A stretch of 63,852 nt of DNA, counting the filler, from Octopus bimaculoides (Eukaryota), in NCBI RefSeq assembly GCF_001194135.2. It is 8 parts of 8 records of this genome, joined end to end, with 100 filler letters (N's around TTAATTAATTAA, not from the genome) between each part and the next. Parts side by side here need not be neighbours in the genome. Positions count along the whole stretch, not along the records: positions 11,753 to 37,245 come from NC_068989.1; 7 more parts are not named here. One strand, given 5' to 3'. A model generated the notes under the pieces. The model saw only the letters and a list, made by a program, of their open reading frames with translations. It searched no databases and had not been told where the DNA came from. The translations under genes were made by a program, and so were the position numbers. Every line of letters starts with the position of its first letter. Position 1 is the stretch's first letter. This document shows, piece after piece, positions 12,810 through 26,400 of the stretch.

Positions 12810-13388
12810 GTATATGTATATATATGATGAGAGACAGAAGAAATTCAACAGAACACGACAAAACATGCAGATGGAAGTGTCACTAAAGGGGTCACAGATG
12901 TGTGACGAAAGATTTCCAAGTAATGGACATAAGATAAAATAAGAATGATAATTAACGAGTGAAGAACGAAAATATAGGGCGCGTGTTTACTTGGCGAGAA
13001 AATAAATGACCGTCTCGAAAAATAACAAGATCATGTCACATCAGGAATCTTGCAAAGCAAATTCATAACTGTAACGATACATACACACACACAAGCACAC
13101 ACACAAACACACGTACACATACGGATATGTATATATGCATGTATATGTTAAATTCTAGCCTTGCACCGGATCTAGTAAGAGAAGCGAAAAGTCGTTGTAG
13201 TGTGCGAAACCGTGTTGATTAATGATTCAGAAATTTTATTCTGATCTTGTTATAGCATGATGTCTTGTATGAAAATATTTATCGGATATTTACAATAATT
13301 CAGTGTAGTTATCAACCGACTTGTTAGTAGCTTGCTCCAAAGTGTATCAATTTCATCGAAGGTATAAACCAGCGGTTACATTTTTCAT
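12656..13388. repeat. 92-bp inverted repeat pair, 550-bp spacer
   Basis: 12656-12747 is roughly 90% identical by eye to the reverse complement of 13298-13388. Confidence 0.8.
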
Positions 13389-16300
13389 TTAATATTGGTC
13401 GATTTCCGCTTTTGCGATGTGGATTCGCGTAAATGTTCACAGTCTATAATATATGTTCACAATCTATAGAACACATTAACGTACCCGGGAAAATGTAACT
13501 AATAAGGATATATGCAGTATATTAGCTTATTACGGATCTTAATTCTTGATACGTAAGTTTTGCAAAAGTTACTTAAATACAACCGAGGATCGAAAGCAGT
13601 TTGCATTTAAATCGAATGCAGTGCGTATGAGCGTTTGTGCGCGCATGTGTACGTGTGTGTACGTACGTGCTTGTGTTTTTTTTGTATACTGCAGTAATTC
13701 CTCTCCCGCTACACATCTTGCCTGTTAATAGCTGGAGTAACACCTTTGTTCGCCTCACATACACAGTACACCTTTTCCTCGACTTACGACCGTCCGCAAT
13801 TATGACCACAAAAATGAATAAATCAATATAAAGTAAATTTTCGGACGTTTCGCATTAAATGGAGAAGCAGGGACGAGCGATAATTCTGTAAATAATAATA
13901 TTTTACAAGCTCAAAGCTTATCAGCGATAAACGTGTATTGGCTAAAGAGAGTACCCTAATATCGGGGCATGCAAGTCGTAGACGGAAAAAGGTGTGTGTG
14001 TCAGTATGCATGCGTACTGACACGCACACTTTCCCGTCATATGCGTACTGACACACTTTTTTCATGGAAGGCTTATATTTTCCATCATTAAACTCTTCTC
14101 TTTAGCCAATACACAGCGTTCGCTCGTAAGATTTAAGCTTATAATTATTATAATTATTTACGGAATATTTGTAAATATATATATATAAAGACCTTTTGCC
14201 AATAAAATGTGGCTGTCCTGGAAAGGACGATTGTAATTGTTCTTTGACCCCAAGAAACATCGTTTTCCGCTGGATACTTTTAACGAAAAAGTGCATTAAT
14301 CTATATCAAATCATTGCCAGACACTTACGGAAATCAAAATACTGAATGCCGCGTTTATTCAGATTTACATGTTACACATCTAATTCAAATTTCCAAAAAA
14401 CAAAAAAAAAAAAAAAAGAACCAGATAAAAAGCAAAACCATAACCATTTTCTTTTCTTATATTTTTCACGAAGAATTTACAGTCAAAGCGATAGTTGCAT
14501 ATCGCTGGTGAAATATCTAACTTTACGTATCGATTGTGAATCTAGACGATTCTATTTGAAATTAAAATGTTGTGATGGAACTCTTTGCTTGCTGGAGTGT
14601 ATTACTACCGCGTAAGCTATATTGCAAATATATTTCATTAATAGCTTCAAACTCCTGAATCTTAAAACAGATAGCGTGAAGTTCGAAATGTAAAGCTTTG
14701 CAAACTTTCGTTTCCATATAACATATTAAAGCAACAGCCTTCGAAATGTTGACACATTCTTTCGTTCCCATTATAAATCTCAACAATATTTTCTGCAGCC
14801 GGTAAGCAAACGTTAACACACGAAGTACAAGGATTACAAACGTCAACAAGATGATCTCCATATGTTTGCAAGCTTGTGAACCGTTGGAAGAAGTGAGTCG
14901 AAAACAAAGGATACTATGTCGAAAACTGATGTAGTTATTAAATCCCAGGTTTTTGCTTTAATAAATTGCACAAACAAAAGGGTGTACAATTTTTGACTTG
15001 TCTTCGTATTTGGTGTTTAGTCTAGATGACTTGTCATTTTGTTAATAAGCTCGAGAGATGCTGTCCACAACATAGAAGAGCAAATGTACATACATATACT
15101 CATCATAAAGACTGACAGCATAATTGTTTTAAAACATATGCAGTCATCGGACACTGGACTGGTAGACACCTGAGTCAAATTAAGATGAAGTTTCGTCGTA
15201 TGAAGGAAAAAGTAACCTGAGATAATGCGGCTGATTCAGCGGTAACATTGGCTGTTTTCCGCGGCAAAATGTTTTGCTTTCTTCTCTTCAGTGCATAGTT
15301 GAGATATTTCGTTCAATGGATATTGTGAAATTTGCTCGTTGGTTTGTCTTTATCTTGTAGATGTATTTTTGAAAAATACAATTTGGTACAAAGCAATGAA
15401 ATCTTAAAGTAATAAGGGGTTTTGTCGAATGCAAATGATTTTCCTATTTTGAACTTCTATCGATATTCTCTAGAACGATATAGAACAATATATCCGAATA
15501 AGGTAAGTCTCCGAACTTATAACGCATGTAACATCAATAGGGAGGCAATGAATTATTTATTGTTATAGTTTCAGCTTGAGAGTTAGGAGTATGTTTAATG
15601 TAAAAATATAAATCTTTGTTACACCCTCGCATTAACATATATATTTATATATATATATATATACAAACACATGCATACGTACAAAAATACATACATATAC
15701 ATGTGTTTATTTGTGTGCATAAATATATGTATTTTCGTGTCTGAGAGTGTGTGTGTGTGTGTGTATGTGTGTGTGTGTGTGTGTGTTTGTGTGTGAGAGA
15801 GAGAGAGAGAGGGTACATAGATATCTGCATATTTAAATAAATTCTGTAACAGGCAACAGCTTGCATGCAATAATGTTCTTCAAATGTAATGAATCCTCAG
15901 AATTCATTTTAGCTTTCAATTTTGTTGCGCTTTTTTCATGAAAGTATAGCATTGGAAGTGTAAATAATTTTTAGCATATACATTATAGGGCTAAACATAT
16001 ATCTTTGGTTTACATTTCAAATGTAGGTAACGTTATGTTATTAGGCATTAGCGACTAAATGCTGATATAAATCAGGTTACATAAACCTTCCATAATCTTT
16101 AATGTAACAAAATTTGAAGACAGCTGGTTACCACGTTCGGAAATGATATATTCCTAAATAGGTTAACGTTTGATATTTAGGGAGGAATGTTTTCAAAAGC
16201 CCATTTTAGACTATATTGATAAGTGCCATTCGTTTGAATATTGGAGAAATATCAAAACAGACAGATCGACGTATGAGATGTTTATGTTGTAATAATATTG

Positions 16301-16593
16301 CTTTGAGGAAATTATTAAATAACACGATGATGATGATCAAAAAATGACAAAAATAGTGTGTTTGGAGTTCAAATCGTATAGCTAATGCTTACATACATAC
16401 ATGATCGACAAAATAAGGAACAGACAATATTATCTATGGGACACAACAGTCTCTCAAATATTCTGTTAATGATTTGCATATATTTGTTGCTTAAAAAAAC
16501 GAAACCGTTGGATAATCTTCTGGGAAAGTTTAGGTCGAATAAATCGTCTTCGGTAATCACGAAACCACATAAGCATGCATACACTGTCAAAAT

Positions 16594-16655
<62 letters not shown>

Positions 16656-17489
16656 AATAGATAAATAGGTAAGTTCAGGGATACACTGTTCAATTGAGCG
16701 TACAAAGAGCAAAGTATTATATTCTCAAATTTATTGGGACTGAATTTTAATTTTTTCTTACAACAATGAATCCAACAAAATGTATTTTATTGGTCTCATT
16801 TGGTTTTAATTACATATATATGGACGGACACACACACAAAAACATACATACACACACACACACACATACACACATACACACAGACACATATCATAACAAT
16901 ATAAAACTTCTAGAGAGATGAAATATATTGTATTTAACTATGGAACTCGAAGTAGATAAAGTCATAAATAATGTAGAATGCTGGTTTATCCAAACCCCTG
17001 GATAGAAATAAATCTCACGAACAGCCGTCATATATTTTACATCGAAGGCTTTTTTAATCCAATAATCTATTGCTCTCTGTTCTTCGATTTCCACCATATA
17101 TAAAGATTTATCATATATGTTCATGTACATATGTGTTCATTTTTATATCTACATCTACAAAAGAGAGCTTGTATAGGTGTATGTGTGTGAGATAGAGAGA
17201 GCGTATGTTCCTTATGCATTCCAAAACCGATTTGCTGATTTTGACGTATGGTGTATCAGAAGATAGAGTAAACTTTCGGCTACCAACTAAACTTTATTTT
17301 CATCCAAATATTTACATTACAAAAACTTAAGATTATAAATTTTTTTAGTCACCTATCATAAACGAAATTTTATACCACTACCACTACCACAACGATGATG
17401 ACGTCACATTTTCTACATGTGTGTTTTCGCGCGTTCGTTACGTACCTTAGGCCGATGACTGACGAGTAACTGTGTTACGGTGTATGTCT

Positions 17490-18230
17490 TTGCGAATTTG
17501 CCAGCGAATTACTGGGCTACTCTATCGTGTGGGCTCTATCATGTGCTGCTGTATCATGTGGACGCAGGAAGAATGCACATGGAGACAACATGATCAATGG
17601 TTTCATTTTTTTGCTTATATACACGACACGTTGATCTACTGCTGTTCTTAAAGATTTTGGCTTGGTTGCTTCTGGCAGGTAGGCATTGATCTTGAGCTGC
17701 TATGATAAACCATTCTGTACCAGAGTTTAAGCTAGAAGACACTAACCTTTGATGGGTAAGCGCTTTGTCAACATCGGCTTTATTTGCTGTCTTTGCCATC
17801 GACAGGCTTTTTTCTTGCCGTTTATGATGTTTTTTTGCAGGTTGGGTAGTATCGGACCCACTGCTCCGATGACAATAGGGATAACCTTTATGTTTGCCTC
17901 TCGTAGCTGCCATATCTTAGTGATCTCTGTTCTCAGGTTTCCATATTTATCAGTCTTTTCTCTATATAATATGTTGATCTTCTGGCACTGTCACTTTGAT
18001 TATAAGGCACTCTTGTTTGTCCTTGCTAAAGTTTACTACATCCGGTCTTTGGTGTTCTAACACCTTGTCTGTCAGGAAGTCAAAGTTTCAGAGGAATTTT
18101 GCCTTCATCTTTTGTTCTTTACATTTTCCGGTGTGTGTTGGTACGAAGCAGCCGTCACCTCATATCCATACTTCCGGCATAGTAGGCAGTGAATGCTTTG
18201 GGTAACCTTGTCGTGTATGCGCTTATTGTT
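17490..18230 (-). mobile_element. R4/Dong-clade non-LTR fragments (zinc knuckle region and restriction-like endonuclease)
   Basis: HDKVTQSIHCLLCRKYGYE...TDKVLEHQRPDVV...VIPIVIGAVG (RLE) and ADVDKALTHQ...FIIAAQDQCL...ETIDHVVSMC, both with stops and frameshifts. Confidence 0.8.
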
Positions 18231-18551
18231 AATAGATTTGCTAACTGGGAGCAATATGCCTATCTACACACATCGCTTATTATCAATTTTTTCTCGCTTT
18301 CATTATATCACTGCGGTTGTATGGGTGCCTGTGTATGCATCATTGTATATGCATGTGTGTGCGTGTTGATGTGTGCGTACATGTGCGTGTTGTTGTGCGT
18401 GTGTGTGTCTCTGTGTGTCTGTGCGTGTGTGGGTATGTATGTGTTTGTGTATGTGTATGCTCACGCACGAGTGAGACCTTGGAATTACTTGTAAAGAAAT
18501 ATGCATGTTTACGTTATATGCTATGTGCTTTTGTGTGTGTATGTGTGGGTA

Positions 18552-18602
<51 letters not shown>

Positions 18603-19039
18603 GTTTGTGTATGTGTATGCTCACGCACGAGTGAGACCTTGGAATTACTTGTAAAGAAATATGCATGTTTACGTTATATTTTCGGAATCAAATCTACTTT
18701 ATTTAATAGGTTTCATGAAGAATAGATGCCCATTCTTTAAAATAATATTCGTTTAATACGTTATGTGATATTTAATTAAAATTACTTGGATTTATGTGAC
18801 AGCTAAGATTACGGAGTTTGGATTAATTTGCAAGAAGTATACTTTTTTCAGAATCCATATGTGAATTGATATGTGTTTTATTCATTCTTTGTTGTAATGA
18901 TGTATTTTCTAACATCGTCGCAGGCGACATTTTACAGAAATAAAATACCTAAATGATTGTTGCTAATACTTCCATAATGTGCAAAAGTTGATATAACCGT
19001 CAAGAAATCTCAATATTTAATATCTGTATATTTCTTTGC

Positions 19040-19097
<58 letters not shown>

Positions 19098-21137
19098 TGC
19101 TCAACATCCTTAAGCGAACTTTATTCAGGGACCTTTGGAGCGGGATGGGCTACTCGACCTGAAGAAAATTCTAACTGGGCCCCCCCTGCGAGGTCATGCG
19201 CTGTTTANNNNNNNNNNTAACTGGGCCCCCCCTGCGAGGTCATGCGCTGTTTATCTTAATATGAGATCACCATGTCGTGCACATATGGTTGTGATGCATG
19301 TGCCCGGTATACCCTTATCAGATGGATAGTCATGATGGGTATATTGGGCTTCGTATATTTTACCCAAGTGTCACTTTGATGGCATGCACTGCTCTCTCAC
19401 TCAATAATAATAATAACGAGAAGAAGAAGAAGAAGAAGAAGAAGAAGAAGAAGAAGAAGAAGAAGAAGAAGAAGAAGAAGAAGAAGAAGAATCCTTATTT
19501 CACCGACCCCAAAAGGATAAAAGGTAAAGTCGACCTCATTTTGTACTTGAAACCCTAACAAATGCAATTAAGTATGATGTCGGACGCTCCAACGAATTTT
19601 CTGGTTTCGAAATTGGGCACAAAATTAGCAAGATTTGAGATGAGGAACCACTTACCCGGGTGGCTATGTATTTACCAACGAGGAGGACTTGATGCAAAAC
19701 GATGTCCAAAAGGGAAGAACTTACAGTGGGAAATCGAAAAACAGCTGAATTAATCATTCAGGGCCTTTTGAAATTATATGCTATTCACTCGGGCGTTTTG
19801 GTTTTAGCAATTGATATTGATTCTTTTTTAACATATCCATAACTGTGTAAAACATGTCTTTTTAATGCAGCTGACCATTGCGAATAAATTCTGGAAATAA
19901 ATATAGCTGAAAACTTCTGTAGATAATGCATAAAAATAAATTTCCAATCTCAGTGATGAAAATAGTCTTGGATGTTTACAACATATCTAATTATTGGAAA
20001 GATTTAAAGATCTGCAGACTAAAATTTGCCGTCATGCATCTATTTTTGTCATGCTTTCGTTTGAAAACTAATTTGAAAATTGTTCGCTTAAAATGCCAAT
20101 ACATTCCTCAATTCATATAAAATCGTTGCTATTTTTGTGACTTTATAGTATAGGTATAAACAAACATAGTCATTTAGTATACATGATGCTGCTAACGGGA
20201 GATATGATAACCACAACGTATTGGTTACTATAAAAGGCTGTTTATAAAGGAATTAAACTTCCAAAGTTTTACTATTTTCACTTGGTCTTGCTTGTTTTTC
20301 TTTTTATTTTGTTATTTTGCCCCAGGTCAGCTCTGAATCAAGAGATATCTGATCATGGGTATTCACGCTAAGACCAATCCATGTCTATTGAATACCTGAA
20401 GTTACATTGTCTAATAAGGTGTTGCTGATATTTTAAACACGGTGGTAGGAGTTCGAAAGATATATAGATGGCAGACTGAGTGACCCGTTTAGTTGTTTAT
20501 TTTAGGTAAACCTCAGAAATATTTATGCGTATTTAAAATCAATGATGACGAGTCGAACATGTAAAATCCTCACCATATCCAAGTAAGGAACTACAGCCAT
20601 CCAGTTTTTTTTCCTTTTAACTTACAAGTTAAATATCTTAAGGGGACAATAAAATGTTATTTACAGAAATTGATATGTCTGAAGGCAAAGGATACAGTTT
20701 TCACTAATTTGATATTTGCACTGGAAAAACAAAAAACCAACAAAAAATAAAGTAACACAACAATATAATTCAAGTTTAGTCGTTTCCCGATTTAGGCCCT
20801 GTGAATTATACAAGAATGTGTGCTACGAATAATCCTTTGGAATTCCAAAATTTTTATGGCTTACGAAGATCCAGTTATTTTATCAAATATAAGGGTTTCT
20901 AATTTAGGCAAAATCTCAGCAGTTGTTAGAAAAGCGGCTTTGCTTGGTTACATCGACTGACTCCAGTATTTAGATGGATTTCTATTTTACCGACGCCGGA
21001 TAGGGAGAGGCAAATTTATCGACAGCAATATTTGACCTGAGAACGTTAGGAGTTGAGAATATTACGGCAAAACATAACTCCGGCGCTCTGACTATTCTAC
21101 CTGTTCATCGGCTTTACAATATAATATGAATGTTAAA

Positions 21138-21566
21138 GCGGTGAGCTGGCAGAAACGTTAGTACGCCGGGCGAAATATTAAGCGGTATTTCGTCTGCCGT
21201 TACGTTCTGAGTTCTAATTCCGCCGAGGTCGACTTTGCCTTTCATCCTTTCGGGGTCGATAAATTAAGTACCAGTTACGCACTGGAGTCGATGTAATCGA
21301 CTTAATACTTTTGTCTGTCCTTTGTTTGTCCCCTCTATGTCTAGTCCCTTGTGGGCAATAAAGAAATAAGAAACGTTAGCACGCCGGGCGAAATGCTTAG
21401 CGGTATTTCGTCTGTCTTTATGTTCTGAGTTCAAATTCTGCCGAGATCGACTATGTCCTTCATTCTTTCGGGGTCGATAAATTAAGTACCAGTTTTGTCA
21501 TGGGGTCGATCTAATCGACTGGCCCCCTCCCCAAAAATTTCGGACCTTGTGCCTAGAGCAGAAAAG
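21138..21566 (+). mobile_element. SINE family B dimer with 17-bp target-site duplication
   Basis: Two tandem units (aaacgttag...ttctgagtt...gaggtcgactttgcctttcatcctttcggggtcgataaattaagtaccag), flanked by AATATAATATGAATGTT at 21118-21134 and 21567-21583. Confidence 0.9.
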
Positions 21567-22345
21567 AATATAATATGAATGTTTTAGTTACTGATTACAT
21601 TTCAAATCATACACCTACAATGAAAATCTAACTGTAATTTAAGTGATCTTCGACCCGGTTACTTCTCCTGCAAATAATAACAACTCAATTCTCTCATATC
21701 CTACTTTCTTAAAACATGAACGTGTTCTAATAAACACACAAAAGAGCCAGTTGTATTAAGACTGCAGAAGCATTGTTCAAACAATTTTGTTTTTGAGAGA
21801 CCACTAGCAATTGACTAGAATATTTACAAAGAAGACTTGTTGAAAATAGTAAGCTGTGTTGGTAACAAAAGAAACAGCATTTAACAACACGCGTACTGTA
21901 GTGCCGGCTATATGCCTACGTAGCTCTCTCTACAGCGCTTTTCTATTATTCTTTATTAAACACATATATACAAGTAAAAGAATATGTAGATATATGCATG
22001 CAAAAATACGTGCAGACATACATATATGTATATATATATATATTTCTTCTATAAGTTATGGATGAAGAGAAAGCTTTTCCTTAGGACTCTGTTAACCTTA
22101 CACGTAGAAGTTTTATACAGAGAAGCGTAATGTACAGTTTGAATGCAGATGGAATTCAGATGATCCGATCAATGTAATTAGTCCATGAGCACTAATTAGT
22201 CCTAACTAGTCCTAACCCTAACCTAATTAGTCCTAATTAGTCCTAACCCTAACCCATAAAATCTTGGCGGAATGTGAGGTGAATATATATATACATTTAA
22301 CCACGAGACATCCATAACATTACGGCCGTTTTTCAACGATATATG

Positions 22346-22423
<78 letters not shown>

Positions 22424-25400
22424 NNNNNNNNNNNNNNNNNNNNNNNNNNNNNNNNNNNNNNNNNNNNNNNNNNNNNNNNNNNNNNNNNNNNNNNNNNNNN
22501 NNNNNNNNNNNNNNNNNNNNNNNNNNNNNNNNNNNNNNNNNNNNNNNNNNNNNNNNNNNNNNNNNNNNNNNNNNNNNNNNNNNNNNNNNNNNNNNNNNNN
22601 NNNNNNNNNNNNNNNNNNNNNNNNNNNNNNNNNNNNNNNNNNNNNNNNNNNNNNNNNNNNNNNNNNNNNNNNNNNNNNNNNNNNNNNNNNNNNNNNNNNN
22701 NNNNNNNNNNNNNNNNNNNNNNNNNNNNNNNNNNNNNNNNNNNNNNNNNNNNNNNNNNNNNNNNNNNNNNNNNNNNNNNNNNNNNNNNNNNNNNNNNNNN
22801 NNNNNNNNNNNNNNNNNNNNNNNNNNNNNNNNNNNNNNNNNNNNNNNNNNNNNNNNNNNNNNNNNNNNNNNNNNNNNNNNNNNNNNNNNNNNNNNNNNNN
22901 NNNNNNNNNNNNNNNNNNNNNNNNNNNNNNNNNNNNNNNNNNNNNNNNNNNNNNNNNNNNNNNNNNNNNNNNNNNNNNNNNNNNNNNNNNNNNNNNNNNN
23001 NNNNNNNNNNNNNNNNNNNNNNNNNNNNNNNNNNNNNNNNNNNNNNNNNNNNNNNNNNNNNNNNNNNNNNNNNNNNNTATTTATAAATATATATATATAT
23101 ACATATATACATATGTGTATGCATGTAAGTATGTATGTATGTATGTATTTTTGCATGAGGGTATGACGTTTCTACAGATTGACGCAGCTGAATGTTTCCT
23201 AAACTTACACATAAGTAAAGAATTAGATCTATGGAATAAAAGTATCAGCGCCAGACATGCTCTGGGATAAATGTGTAGCATTGAATAAAATTATTATTAT
23301 TATTATGATTATGATTATTATTATTATTATTATCTTGTTATAATAGATGAATTCTTCATTATTCTCAAAGAATCATGGAATGGCATAATTGAAAAGGATA
23401 TTAAATAGAAAATAATATGATATGATAATGCTAAAACTTTAAAGTATTCAGAAAAGTCTATTGGGTGGTACTGTGTAAATTAGAGATTCCAATTGTTTCA
23501 AAATGCTTTCTCGAGTCACAAACAACAATCTCAGATCCGATAAACACTTTTATTAATTTTATGATTTGAGAATGGAAATATTAGATATCCATACGAAATT
23601 ATATTTACTAGTCGGATCCGTGAAAAATCCATGTTTCATAAACATCATTCTATTTTTATGCATAAATCTATAGAGTGTGTTAATAGTGGAATATTCGATA
23701 TTGCTTTGTTCCGCTAATAGAAAATATCATATTATAATATTGTAACTTTAAAATGTTCAGAAAACTCCAATTGTTGGTATGGTATAGGTTAGCGTTAGCA
23801 ATGAGGGTTTCCCGTTGTTATATGACATGAATATAACCTAATAGTTGATACAGTATTGTTTACTTGTTAAACTGAGAGTTAAAACACGAGATTCTCGTTG
23901 TTTGAATACATCTATATTACTAGATATGTCCCCAATAACGGTCGCTCCTTGTCGTGACGGGAGGGGACTTGCATGGACCACTGACTCAGAGCGATGCCGT
24001 CGGAAGTTGTAAACTCCCGCTAAGGCCACGCTTGGCGGCAAAGTCAAAGACGATGACCCTCACTAAACGCGGCCAACGCCCAAAGACCCTATCGGTGGAA
24101 CAAACGGATGGTGACTACAACAGATCTGAATGCCTGAACCACGGGATGATTAGTGTTACGCCCGACGGACATGTTACAGAAGGCGTCACTCAAAATTATA
24201 ACCGCGTCAGCGGTATTCTGTTGGAATTTCATAACTGGATCCTGCAACGTTTCATTCTGTATGTGCTGCAGAGGAAGTTCATGAAATAAAGTATGTGGGT
24301 CACTTCCTAACAAGTGGAGCGCCACCTTAAAAAAATGCTCGCCATTAGCACTTTTCATTCTTCTATGACGACGACGACGACGACGACGATAAGTTTTATA
24401 TAACAGGATATGTTCATTTATTTCATTCCAAAATTTAGGTTGTTTAAAGCTCAATCAATTCTCTTATTTGTTGTAATATAATATTTTGATTATGCTTTCA
24501 ATTTCGTTCCGTAGTGTATTTGATCATAATCATAGATCTCAGTTATGCTTTCGTTTTCGTTGCGTATTTAAGGTTGTTTAAATGTCTAACACCAAAACAA
24601 ATATCAGGGAAAGTTGAATTACGATTTATTAAACAAATAAGGAAGCACATTTAAATAGAAAACAAACTTATTTTTCTGTGACATTATCAGCAGAAGGGAA
24701 AATAAACTGTGCATAAAACATTTAGAGAAAAAATGTAATGGTTCAAACAAAAAAAGCTGTTTAATAATGCTACTCAGAAACGATACAATTCTAAACGAAC
24801 ACTATTATAGAAAACATTTGGCACCAAACTAGACGCCGTAAAACATTTAGCCCGGCGCTCTAATGTCCCAACAATAAATATTGAAGAAAAACAGTTTTAA
24901 TGTAAAAACATTTATCCGTTCATGTATGACATCTGTGTCAAATATGCTATTATATTTTCCAGTGTTTGTGAAAATGAACAACAGGAAAACTAAAAGGACA
25001 ATAAAGATAAGAAGACAAAAAGGAACGGACAGTTATAAAGATGAAGAGTGTGAGAGAGATAAAGGGAGAGAATGAAGGGGAAGCTGTAGAAGGCGAGACA
25101 TAGAACAATGTGTTGGTGAACGGGGAAAAAACTTTAGTTAAGGCTGGTTTTGTGCTGTTCATATTTCATTTTAATGCCACTTGATTGCATTCACTGCCAC
25201 TTGTTCGCTTCCGATCGGCTTAGTCGTGTAATTTGAAATCATTTCCTCTCAATCCTCCCTCATTCGTTTCTTTGTTAGAATTTTTGTATAGGCTTTTACT
25301 GTAAAAATATTTGAACAACGCAAAGAATAATAAAATGAATAAACAAAATACCAGTCACACTAACACACTTTCACTGTGGTTATTATTTAACTAGGATTAC

Positions 25401-26069
25401 TACCGTCACATATAAGAAAAATACATACATATTCGGAGAATAGATAGAAAATATATGACACATTCAATGCTTTACTTACTCACAAAGAATAAATATTTAC
25501 TTAACAAAAGCTTTAAAGCGAAGAATATGTAATGATAAATATATTTTTGTCTAACATACCAGCGTGATAAACGAAATTGGTTCATTAACATAATGGAATT
25601 TCTGACAATCATGGCCTTCCCAATAACTCTTAAGAAGTAAACTGAATGGCAATGGCCTAGAATGGTACCTGTTCACAAATTCATTTATCAAGAACAAACC
25701 GTATATCCAATCGCAATTCAATTTTCAAAATGGTACAATAATGTCTCCAACTTTTAAAATTTCATTACCAGAAACATGCATCAATTGAGTAAATGATAAT
25801 AACGATATCCATATCATTATGTCTTGTGACTTTTCATTATTGATTTTATCGACCGATAAACTTAGTATTATTGATTTTATCGATCTTGGTTGTGAAATGT
25901 AAAATTTGGTAATCCGAAGTGTTTGTTTTATACTTGTCAAGGCTGCAAGCAGGAGCAAAACCCATAGTACTTTCAGATACTCTGTGTCTGTTGAGATTGA
26001 CACAGTTAATTTTTCGTGTATTCTGTCAAAAGTTAACGCCTACAGGTAAGATATGAGCAGGGCGGAAAT

Positions 26070-26400
26070 TTCAGACAGCTGATGTACTAGTATAGACAGT
26101 TTGGGTAGCAATTAGAGCGAGAAAGGAATATTGGCTTAAACAAGGGTGACAAGTCTGAGATAGATGAGTGGTCGGAGAGTTTCTGAGTAGCGGATGTAGC
26201 AGCAGCCTCGTCACAGATACGGCTGCATGCATGTGACGGGGTTGTTCTCTTGTGAGTCTCACTTGAGACCTATAAGATGTTAACAAGTGTTGGAGACTGA
26301 AATATCTTCTGGCCCTGAAGAGAATGGGCAGTCTTTGGGATGTAGTCCTAGCTATGCCTATCATGTGCTAGTACCAGCGAAAATACATTTCATTTTAATA
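26070..26400 (-). mobile_element. Decayed CR1/L2-group LINE ORF2 C-terminal fragment
   Basis: IARTTSQRLPILFRARRYFSLQHLLTSYRSQVRL resembles the post-RT LL.LYK..VRP.LEY motif, with frameshifts downstream. Confidence 0.6.

Noticed and set aside
14799-14898. Possible plus-strand exon (MISICLQACEPLEE|GTGAGT)
   Set aside because: It is too short and has no partner exon; such signals are expected by chance in 64 kb.
18437-18678. ~80-bp exact direct repeat around a (GT)n tract
   Set aside because: Likely slippage or assembly duplication at a microsatellite; no functional signal.
19177-19250. Exact duplication of taactgggccccccctgcgaggtcatgcgctgttta
   Set aside because: The identical copies flank a 10-N gap, which is typical of unmerged contig overlap.
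22320-23156. Long ORFs of 200-420 aa in the track (also 38205-39244, 43836-44627, 52107-53497, 56080-57143)
   Set aside because: They run through N gaps and (AT)n/(GT)n repeats, so they are artefacts.
25725-26003. Minus-strand ORF with a signal-peptide-like stretch (KVLWVLLLLAALTS)
   Set aside because: It has a TTG start, no recognisable domain and no supporting splice sites; the plus-strand splice signals at the same place are better.
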